Positions 50,434-60,490 of a stretch of DNA of 64,000 nt are shown here, one piece after another (position 1 is the first letter of the stretch; every line of letters begins with the position of its first letter). A model generated the notes under the pieces. That model made no database searches. It worked only from the letters and a program-made list of their open reading frames with translations, and was not told the DNA's origin. Both the position numbers and the translations under genes were made by a program. The stretch is from Takakia lepidozioides (taxonomy: Eukaryota; Plantae; Bryophyta): contig CM060732.1 in assembly GCA_030704615.1 (NCBI GenBank), forward strand, positions 53,878,001-53,942,000, written 5' to 3'.

Positions 50434-50740
50434 TTCAGCGAGGCGAAACCTTAGTAGTGTAGAAGCGACCGCCACCTTATCGGTCGCTTCATTTTTTTTT
50501 TTAAAACAACAGCCAGTAATGGCGGTCGCCCCATTTCCAAAAATAAAAACGACCGCCAGAAATGGCGGTCGCTGCATTCTAAATAATAAACATTACAGCG
50601 ACCGCCAGAAATGGTGGTCGGGGAGAATGACTGGGAGTTTATATGCACACACCCCCCCCCCCCCCCCCTCATTCCTCGCTCCGCGCGCAGGGCAGACCTC
50701 GTAGAAGCGACCACCACCTTGGCGGTCGCTCCATTTAAAT
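50434..50740. repeat. GCGACCGCC-loop-GGCGGTCGC hairpin array (part next to the gap)
   Basis: Five hairpin units separated by A/T tracts, same family as 53740-55375. Confidence 0.9.
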
Positions 50741-51003
50741 AAAAATGAATGCACAATTGGAAGCATGACACAATTGTTCTCCATTCCACAAGCAAATCAC
50801 CGAACACAAACATGAGCAAATGACGGTGCATTTTGCCGACATTTTGGCTGGTATACACATGGGCAACATCTTTTATTTTCCAACACATACACAACAACAA
50901 TACAAATACTCATAGTGACAATGATCACACTGATATTACTTCACTACAGAAAAGTAAACATGTTCACTAAAATGTGCTGATGCATGCCTACAGCTGTTTT
51001 GCT

Positions 51004-53520
51004 TCAATTCTTTCTACTGCTTCGACGGCGGAACGAAGAAGATCCTAATCATAATGCTCCGATGGGTTGAAAATCGGGGTCACCCTCAACTTCACCACCA
51101 TTGCCATGATCAGTGTTGGAATCGTCCTCCCTATCCGACCTCATATGTCCAGGCCTTTGAATCTGCAAGCGACACGAACCACATTTAGTTCTCTCTGAGG
51201 TTGACTCACACTCCGGTCTTGAATACCATCCACGGTATCTGGCATGTTTGTGGGCCGATCGCCTACAAAATGTTGGACTATTTTTTGTCGTTTATGGACT
51301 TGGGACGCAATCGAAGGTTGTCTCGAAAGAGGTACCGGAAGGGGGTCTGCCCGAGATGGACCGGCATTAGATGGTCCGGCATGTGAGGAACCACGGGTCT
51401 GCTGCGCAATACGTCGGTTAAGGTGGAATTGTAGTGGCAGGTTGTCATCATCCGAGGCTTCAACTTCCGACCGGTCCAATGCAGCAGAATGATGCGTGCG
51501 TGAGGAAAACAGATCAACCTTGTTGCTCATTAATGCCCATTGTGTTGATGGGGAGCTGGATTGGTTTTGGCACTGTGGTGGAGCTGGTCATATCGGTGAG
51601 GCATGATCCCGTCCCGTCAACTGTACAATGGGTTCGACACCATCGTTTGTATGAACAGGGTTGTGTACGTCCCTCGGTCCTGGAAGTTCATCACCCCTAA
51701 GCTCCATTTTGGGCACTACCGGTGGCTTCAGCGTGTAGTGGGGGGCGAGGGTCGACCCCAACTTTATTTTGAGAACCATGCTCTGGGGATGACACAATTG
51801 CAGCTTCACCTTCATCTGCGATACGTACTTCTTCAAGAAAATTATCAAAGGTCGGCTGGATATAAGCATCATCATCTATGAATGTAAACGGGTCATACGC
51901 ATTTTCGGGAGCATCATCGGATCCATCTTCACTATCGGAGGCAAATGATTCCCTCTGAGATGATTCTTTATGAGACTCAGTATCGTCACTTATCGAATCA
52001 GCCTCAGAAACAGAGTCTTCGGAATGGAAATTCCTCTCATACCATGCTGCAGCATCATCCGCTGTCCTCTCACGTAGCAGTCGGCAATTGATATACATAT
52101 ACATCAATTTGTCAGCCCTCGCAGGATTCAACCTGTTGCGAATCTTGTTGTGAACAAATGAGTATTTGCTCCAATTGCGATCGCAAGATAAGGCAGAGCA
52201 CACTTGAGCAAGAATACGCTTCGCAATGGGAGCCAATGTTCTTACTCCAGCTCCAATCAGATCCCACCATTCATGTGGCAACATATTGAGCTCTTTTGGA
52301 TCCGGCATATCCTCAAAAGGGTCACGGCGATCTGAGAAGCATTGGTACTCGGATATAGCTCTCTCTGCATGGTTCAGTGGAGCCAGTCGCATGAGCACTC
52401 GCACGAGGCCGGCCTTGGCATCAGTATCGTCTCGGAGCATGGCATTGTCGAGTAACAATGGATGAGAAAAACCCTGCATAATGCAAGTCCGTTCGAACCA
52501 TCGAACGACGGTCGTAAAATGCATCCTCAACACTGTCCGCAAGTTCAGGTTCCAAGGAGAAGGGATGATGTCTCAAGGATTGGACGTGTTCCTCAAGATT
52601 TTGCATTAGTAACCATGCCTTGCCCATTACTAGTTGTTTTCCATCAAACTCCCGCAAGACGATTAACACCGGCTCTACCATATAAACAAAGTTTTCACAT
52701 TTCTTCCAGAAATCATCGCTGCGAATGCTATTTCGAACTTTTCGACTTTTGCCCAATGATTTGGCTTTTCTGGAGTCCCGCAATGTCCGTGTGTACGCAT
52801 CCTATTGAGGATCGATGATGGTGTGCTCCAGACTGCTCTTCACCGTCACCAACCGATCCACCATCAAGAAGTTAGTGGCAAAACGAGTTTCGTCTAAATT
52901 TCAGATGTTGTATTTGGGTTCGTGCCTCCTGTATATTGTCAAAAGGATGTGGTGTGTGCGGATGAACCACAAAACAGTCTTCGCTTGCTTGACAAGTTGT
53001 TTCACCCACTATTCTTTTCCCCAATCTTCCAAAAGGAGGTCAAGGATATGAGCAGCACAACCTTGATAGTACATATGGGGATAACGTGCCAACAACATGT
53101 CTACAATGTTTCTCATGTTAGCGGCATTGTCTGTGCATATTTGCACGATTCTATCACTTCCGACATGTTCGATGAAGTTCGTCAATAGTTGGCATTGATA
53201 ACGTCTATCTTTCTTCTCGCCGCTAGTGTCAACCGATCCCAAGAATTGTTCCCCAGCTGGACATACGAGCATGACATTGAACAACGGTCTGTTTGTAACA
53301 TAACTCCAACCATCGGCACATATAGTGCTTCCATATTTTCTGATGCACTTGCCCGTCCTATCGTTGACCTTTTGGGTTAACCTCGGTCATGGCGTCTTCT
53401 AGCAATCATGTGCGGAGATTGTGATAAGTCGGAGGCACGTACGTGGATTTGGAGTCCGAGGTTGCTCTAACGGCAGAAACAAATGCGGAAGTCTTGCCAC
53501 ATCAAATGGTATGTTGGCCC
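51004..53520 (-). pseudogene. hAT transposase of the DUF659 type, 5'-truncated and frameshifted
   Basis: FLGSVDTSG, IVQICTDNAANM, GCAAHILDLLLED, ATRFATNF, PHEWW...CDRNWSKYSFVHNKIRNRL, long acidic tail. Confidence 0.9.
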
Positions 53521-53739
53521 TGAACGAGTTTGAGTATGTGTCAAAATAGTTCATAAAAGCTAATTTTATAGAATAAAATGATCATGGAAGCCAGATGAGG
53601 GCCTATGGAAGCATTCTGCAACAACCTCACAGAAATCGCAGCAAAAAAAACCCCCCACCCAACCAATGGTCTCATTCTCCACGTGATTACGTGTCGTGGA
53701 ATAATGAAATGTCACGCACACAGAAGTTGTGTAGAGAGG

Positions 53740-55375
53740 AAGTGAGGGGAGAATGAGCCTCCCATGGCTTATATGCCCCCCCCCCATTCCTCGGGCCACG
53801 TGCAGGGCGAACCTTCTAGAAACGACCGCCAACTTGGTGGTCGCTCCATTTTTCAAAAATAAAATAAATAAGCGACCACCAACATAGGCGGTCGCTACGT
53901 TTACAAAGACATTAAGAATTGAAGCGACCGCATGTAATGGCGGTCGCTTCATTTCGAAAGAAAAGAAATGGAAAAATCGTCATTTATAAAACTAATAATT
54001 ATAGCGATCGCCAGTCATGGCGGTCGCTCCATTTCCAACAAAATTTTAATAAAAGCGACCGCCAGTAGTGGCGGTCGCTGGATTTACAAAAACAAAACAA
54101 TCGATTTTCCTCCAAAAAACAGAGAAGCGACCGCCTGTAATGGCGGTCGCTTCATTTTCAAAAACATTTAAATAAAAGCGACCGCCAGTAATGGCGGTCG
54201 TTTTTTTTTCTAAATAAAAAAAATAAAAAAACGACCGCCATGTATACCCCCCCCCCCCCCCCTCATTCCTCGCTCCACGCGCAGGACAGACCTCGTAGAA
54301 GTGACCGACACCTTTACACGGTCGCTCCATTTTTTTTAAAAAACGACCGCCAGTAATGGCGGTCGCCCCATTTCCAAAAATAAAAAAATAAAAACGACCG
54401 CCAGTAATTGCGGTCGCTGCATTTAAAAAAATAACCATTACAGGGACCGCCAAAAATGGCGGTCGCTGCATTTTGCAAAAACAAAAACTGCCAATAATGG
54501 AAGTGAGGGGAGAATGACTGGGAGCTTATATGCCCCCCCCCCCCCCCCCCCCCCTTCCTCGCTCCACGGGCAGGGCAGACCTCGTAGAAGCAACCGCCAC
54601 CTTTGCGGTCGCTCCATTTAAGTAAATAAAAAACGACCGCCATTACTGGCGGTCGCTGCATTTAAAAAAATAACCATTACAGGGACTGCCAGAAATGGCG
54701 GTCGCTGCATTTTGTAAAAACAAAAACTGCCAATAATGGAAGTGACGGGAGAAAGACTGGGAGCTTATATGCCCCTCCCGCCTCATTCCTCGCTCCACAC
54801 GCAGGGCAGACCTCGTAGAAGCGACCGCCACCTTGGCGGTCGCTCCATTTAAAAACAAAAAAAAAGGACCGCCACAAATGGTGGTCGCTCCATTTCGCGA
54901 AAAAAAAGAAAAAAAACCATCGCCAGTAATGGCGGTCGCTGCATTTAAAGAAAGAACAATTACAACGACCCCCAGTATGGGCGGTCACTGCATTTACAAA
55001 AACAAAAAAAAACTTCAAGCGACTGCCAGTAATGGAAGTGAGGGGAGAATGAGTCCGAGCTTATATGACCCCCTCCCCCCGCCTCACTCCTCGCTCCATG
55101 CGCAGGGCATACCTCGTAAAAGCGACCGCCACCTTGGTAGTCGTTCAAAAATCCCAAAAACACGACCGCAAAATATGGCGGTCGATCCATTTTCCAAAAT
55201 TTAAAAAACAACCGACTGCCACTATTGGCGGTCGCTGGATTTTCAGAAAAAATAGAAATTAAATCGACCATAATTTTACGAAGAAACAAAAGACGATCGC
55301 TATTACATCGCGTTCACTGTATTTACAAAAATAAAAAAACAAATGCGACCGCCAGTGATGCCGGTCGCTGCATTA
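53740..55375. repeat. Hairpin array with higher-order structure
   Basis: About 22-24 GCGACCGCC-N5-7-GGCGGTCGC units at ~50-bp spacing. A poly(C)-ATTCCTCGCTCC...CTCGTAGAA module recurs at ~53775, 54245, 54530, 54770 and 55065. Confidence 0.92.
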
Positions 55376-55377
55376 AA

Positions 55378-56789
55378 ATAAAAATGAATGCACAGTTGGA
55401 AGCATGACACAATTGTTCTCCATTCCACAAGCAAATCACCGAACACAAACATGAGCAAGTGACGGTGCCTTTGGCCGACATTTTGGCTGGTATACACATG
55501 GGCAACATCTTTTATTTTCCAACACATACACAACAACAATACAAATACTCATAGTGACAATGATCACACTGATATTACTTCACTACAGAAAAGTAAACAT
55601 GTCCACTAAAATGTGCCGATGCATGCCTACAGCTGTTTTGCTTCAATTCTTTCTACTGCTTTGACGGCGGAACGAAAAAGATCCTAATTCTAATGCTCCG
55701 ATGGGTTGAAAATCGGGGTCACCCTCGACTTCACCACCATTGCCATGATCAGTGCTGGAATCGTCCTCCCTATCCGACCTCATATGTCCAGGCCTTTGAA
55801 TCTGCAAGCGACCTCGAACCACATTTAGTTCTCTCTGAGGTCGACTCTCACTCCGGTCTTGAATATCATCCACGGTATCTGGCCTGTTTGTGGGCCGATC
55901 GCCTACAAAAGGTTGGACTATTCTTTGTCGTTTATGGACTTGGGACGCAATCGAAGGTGGTCTCGAAGGAGGTACCGGAGGGGGGTCTGCCCGAGATGGA
56001 CCGGCATTAGATGGTCCGACATGTGAGGAACCACGGGTCTGTTGCGCAATACGTCGGTTAAGGTGGAATTGTAGTGGCAGATTGTCATCATCCGAGGCTT
56101 CAACTTCCGTCCGATCCAGTGCAGCAGAATGATGCGTGCGTGTGGAAAACAGATCAACCCTGTTGCTCCTTAATGCCCGTTGTGTTGATGGGGAGCTGGA
56201 TCGGTTTTGGCATTGTGGTGGAGTTGGTCGTATCGGTGAGGCATGATCCCGTCCCGTCGACTGTACAATGGGTTCGACACCATCGTTTGTATGAACAGGG
56301 TTGCGTACGTCCCTCGGTCCTGGAAGTTCATCACCCCTAAGCTCCATTGGGGCACTACAGGTGACTTCAGCGTGTGGTGGAGGGCGAGGGTCGACCCCAA
56401 CTTCATTTTGAGAACCATGTTTTGGGGATGACACAATTGCAGCTTCATCTTCATCTGCGATACGCACTTCTTCAAGAAGATTATCAAAGCTCGACTGGAT
56501 ATAAGCATCATCATCTATGAATGTAAACGGGTCATACGCATTTTCGAGAGCATCATCGGATCCATCTTCACTATCGGAGCCAGATGATTCCCTCTAATAT
56601 GATTCTCTCTGAAGCTCAATATCGTCACTCAGAGTCTTCGAAATGGAAATTCCTCTCATACCATGCTGCAGCATCATCCGCTGCCCTCTCACGTAGCAGT
56701 CGGCAATTGGTATACATATACACCAATTTGTCAACCTTCGCGGGATTCAACCTGTTGCGAAGCTCCAATTGCGTTCGCAAGATGAGGCA
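55378..56789 (-). mobile_element. Second direct copy of the 3' part of the DUF659-type hAT
   Basis: High identity to ~50740-52197 with small deletions. ORF 55643-56467 is the transposase tail. Homology stops abruptly at 56789. Confidence 0.92.
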
Positions 56790-56802
56790 TGTCGAGCGGC
56801 TT

Positions 56803-57471
56803 TTACTCATGGACAATACTAGATACCTCCTTGGTCTTGGTGTAGATATACCCATGGACAACCTGGAAGGCAATTAATTCCTTCAGCATGGTGCCTGCCT
56901 CAGACCAGTACCTTGCAAAATGATGATCCTCAATGGGTCGATTGTTTGGAAGAACCTTAGTCCGAGTTGCCACTGACAACCAAATGCGCATGATCTGGTA
57001 ATAATGTGCCAACGACCGTGGATGACTGAATTCCTTCCATGCCAAATCCATCACAATGGGAATTTGGTTGAAGGGCATAATCATAGCCCGATTGTACTCC
57101 AGTGCAGCAGGAGTCCTAGGTGGGTTAAAAGTAGCATCCCCCCAAACCTCAGGCTGTGGCTTTGCCATGGTATCAACAGTGTCAGCCACTTGCACAGCCA
57201 CCTGCTGTGGGGGCTGTGATATTGCCGCCACTGCCCCTCCTACTACTGGCAACTCCTGCAAAGAAGATTGGAAAACCAAAGCCCTGGCCTACAAATAAGT
57301 AGTCATGAGCTGCTCATCGGGAACTAAAGCTCTATTGTCAATGTTCGAGCTCAAGTCATCTACTTGAGTCTGCAGCCCTTCTACATCATCCTGCAACTCA
57401 GCTATTCTACTATAGACATTGTCTATATTAGTTGTGGCAACGTTCTGGACCTGCAGCCTGAGATCATTCAT
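56803..57471 (-). pseudogene. Second extra retroelement ORF (~220 aa) with one in-frame TAG
   Basis: ORFs 57289-57471 and 56803-57279 share a frame. N-terminal heptads (IDNVYSRIAELQDDVEGLQTQVDDLSSNID), then a W/F/Y-rich domain. Confidence 0.55.
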
Positions 57472-57531
57472 CTCTTCCTGGGTGAGCTTCCTTGGTGCTT
57501 TGCCTTCTACCGGCCCTTATGCTAACCACAC

Positions 57532-59694
57532 TTACATAAGATGATTATCCACCAAGTCTTGTGTGACAGCCCTGAGAGCCTGCTCCTCCTTGAGTCTGTA
57601 CACATCTAACTGCTGCTGTAAAGCCTCCATGCGCTTCGCATGAGGTTCAACCAAGGCCGCATAGGCAGTAGCCAGATTATTGGCTTCCTTCCAAGCCTTG
57701 TTAGCCCACGAGAGTTCATTCTTGTGGGCCATGAGTGTTTCCTGCAACGTTACAATGTACCTTTCCTTCTCAGCGTCAACCTGACTGTATTGTTGGAAAG
57801 TATCCTCATTGCGACTGATAGTAGCCTGCAAATCAGCAATAAGTTTCCCTTGCTCTACTGGCTCAGCCTCTGCCATCATACACCTCTCTGCTTGTCTGTT
57901 AACTTCTATTGCAGTTTGGTCCAGAGCAGTTGTTAGTGTGGCACATTGGATGGTCATTCTCTGATGAACTGCCTCCAACTCTGTATGTAGCACGTTTACT
58001 TCCTGCAACTTGCTCTCATGCTTCACCTGCAATTGGTATAGCTGTTGCTTATGTGCTTCATGCAACTTCTCCTGCTCGAGACCTGCTTCAATCAAATTCC
58101 CCTTAGCCACCTGCAAGGCAGCCTTTGTGTCCTCCAATTCTTTTTGCAACTTGAGGTTGGCCTCTTCATCTACCTTGTTTGCACACTCGGTGGCAATTCT
58201 AGCCTCAAACTCCTTCTTGAGTTCCTCCCTCAAAGCTGCCAATTGTGTAGATGGAACATGGGATTTCACATAAGTGCCCAACAAATTGAGTGTCCTGCTT
58301 ATGAAACTCATAAGCATGGCCTGTTGTGGGTCGTCATGGTGAACTTGTTGCTGTTCTCCTTGATCCTCCACAGTGTGATGTTTCACCAACCATTCAGGCC
58401 ATGTTCCCACCAGATCCTCTTCGTGAACCACCTCATCCTCCACAGGTGCTGTAGTGCCCTTACATTCTACCCCTGGTACCTCCGCCACAGGTTTGGGTAT
58501 TACATGCACAGCAGGGATTTCCCTGGACAGACTCTGCACCTCTGGTACCACTGATTCCTTGACCAAGCCAGAGTTTTCATAGAGAAGGTCACCCTTCTCA
58601 ATTTCTGCCACAACTTGCTCTGTAGTGGGAATGTCCAACCCTTCTCTTTCCAGAGCAATAGGCTCTGGTGCAACAGCATATACTAACTGAGGAACCTCTG
58701 AGAGAACCAATTCAACTGGCTGTGATGGCTGTGGTACCGAAGTGACTTCTTCTTTCAACTCTAAAGGTCGTGCTTCCAGTAATAACAGCCCTCTGTGCTG
58801 CTGTGCCCCATCCTGCACAAGAGCTATAGAAACATCATCTTGCGGTTTCCTTGAAGCTAGTGGATCTGCCACTACAGTCATATTCCGCTTCTGTCTCTTA
58901 GACTGGTGTTGCCCCTCTAGTCCACCTTCACCTTGTAAAGAGCCCTGCTCCTCAATTGCAATGGTTGCTGCCTCAAACACTCCCATCTCCTTACGTTCTC
59001 GTGCATCAAGTATGCAAGAATCAAGAATAATTTGCGCAATCACTGGGCCAGACACAACGATTGGAGACTTAGCAGCAGTGTCGTGTAACCGCTTCATCTC
59101 TTCCACCAAACCATTGTACATTAAGTCCGCCCAAGCCACATCTTCCCCCCTCAAGGCTTTTAGTATCTCCTTCGTGAATGATCTGCTAAGGTATTGTTGG
59201 TTCTGTTTCATTGCAAACAGAACGTTCAGAACTTGACCAACTTCTTTTAACCCTGGGTACTCGGCCTTGGTGCAAGTGTATCCCTGAGTCTTAAAGAAAC
59301 TCCCTTCTTGGAACAAATTGCCTATCTGCAATCTTGCCCTGTGCTCATCCACATTCACACGGCCTGATGGCAATTCAAACAATTGCTGCAAGTATTGGGG
59401 AGTAATCTCTATATCTACTCCCCTCACTTGTGTAACTCCTGTCTGAGGGTCAAAGTTCTGAATGAATTGTATCATATACTTTCGATGATGCAAGGACCAG
59501 TTCTTGCGTAACAGCCCTTCCAATCGCAACTCCCTCAGCAGCTGCACTGCCTGTGGTGTAGCAATGGTTTGCTTCTGCAGAATCGTGGTGCTCTTCACCC
59601 TGATATCCTCCATTCCCCTTACTCTCTTCATCCCAGACAAACAAGAAGGCCTTGTTTGAAATAGCTCTAGGAAAGCTTGCAAGGCGTAGAGCAT
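57532..59694 (-). CDS. Extra ORF 3' of pol (720 aa): Athila env-like/plant-transposon N-domain, acidic Pro/Val linker, long coiled coil
   Basis: Uninterrupted ORF. FIQNF...VRGVDIEITPQYLQQLFELP and WAD motifs. Heptad-rich E/Q/K/L C-terminal third. Likely start is 59631 or 59613. Confidence 0.75.
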   Translation of the reverse strand: MLYALQAFLELFQTRPSCLSGMKRVRGMEDIRVKSTTILQKQTIATPQAVQLLRELRLEGLLRKNWSLHHRKYMIQFIQNFDPQTGVTQVRGVDIEITPQYLQQLFELPSGRVNVDEHRARLQIGNLFQEGSFFKTQGYTCTKAEYPGLKEVGQVLNVLFAMKQNQQYLSRSFTKEILKALRGEDVAWADLMYNGLVEEMKRLHDTAAKSPIVVSGPVIAQIILDSCILDARERKEMGVFEAATIAIEEQGSLQGEGGLEGQHQSKRQKRNMTVVADPLASRKPQDDVSIALVQDGAQQHRGLLLLEARPLELKEEVTSVPQPSQPVELVLSEVPQLVYAVAPEPIALEREGLDIPTTEQVVAEIEKGDLLYENSGLVKESVVPEVQSLSREIPAVHVIPKPVAEVPGVECKGTTAPVEDEVVHEEDLVGTWPEWLVKHHTVEDQGEQQQVHHDDPQQAMLMSFISRTLNLLGTYVKSHVPSTQLAALREELKKEFEARIATECANKVDEEANLKLQKELEDTKAALQVAKGNLIEAGLEQEKLHEAHKQQLYQLQVKHESKLQEVNVLHTELEAVHQRMTIQCATLTTALDQTAIEVNRQAERCMMAEAEPVEQGKLIADLQATISRNEDTFQQYSQVDAEKERYIVTLQETLMAHKNELSWANKAWKEANNLATAYAALVEPHAKRMEALQQQLDVYRLKEEQALRAVTQDLVDNHLM

Positions 59695-60390
59695 AAAAGT
59701 AAAAAAGGAACGGGTAAGTGTGTGTAAGCCTGCGGAGCTTGCAAGTATCGAGTGAGAGAGAATGTACTCTCAACCCGTCTCTTGTGCCACTACGTAAGAA
59801 GTAAAGCGAGCGTATAATCTGTAATATCCGCCATAGCTACAAAGCTATAGCTTTGATTGCCCCTCCCGTCAAGACACTGGCTATTTGGAGCCCCCCGACT
59901 TCTTCCGCTCATAACTCTTCCAATTTCTTGTTCTTGTTTCTTGGAGGGAACCACCTGCATGAAATTCTCGCTCATGATTGGCTGTTGCTTCCTTAGGTAA
60001 CTTCTTAATTTTACCCCCCTCAGTGGACATTCCCACCTGGAATGTCCATTAGGACAGCACATGTGGCAAAAGTCCCATTTTTCTGTACTCCTAAAAAGTT
60101 CCGTTACCTCTGCCCTGAACGCATTAATGGGCCCACAATTAGTTTTGGTTGATGTACCGGGTAGGTACTTTGACGGCCCGGTTTGTCCTCTTGCATGATG
60201 ACACCCACTTTTGCAATATATGCTCTGCGGTGTGCTTCGCCCTAGTGGCCACGTGTTCGTTTTTAGACATGCCTCCGTCTTCCACTGTCCGCGTGGCACA
60301 TTCTCCGAGCTTGACTTCCAAGCTATCCTTTCACTTGTCGACCACTTTTCTGACGTTAACCCACGTCCACCTATCACTGACTCTATGGAC

Positions 60391-60490
60391 TGTGTAACCC
60401 GTGTGGGCTGTGTTGGGCTGTGACAGGCTGTATCAGACTATGACGAGCTGTGATAGGCTGTGTGAGACTGTGGTGGGCTGTGATAGCTAT
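60391..60490. repeat. Degenerate 10-bp tandem repeat (~10 units) in the integrase tail
   Basis: gtgtgggctg tgttgggctg tgacaggctg tatcagacta tgacgagctg tgataggctg tgtgagactg tggtgggctg. Confidence 0.85.

Noticed and set aside
49799-50704. Long ORFs of 205-301 aa
   Set aside because: Artefacts of translating the N gap.
53740-55375. CRISPR-like palindromic repeats with spacers
   Set aside because: Spacers are low-complexity A/T tracts that repeat each other, and the array is tied to a hAT end.
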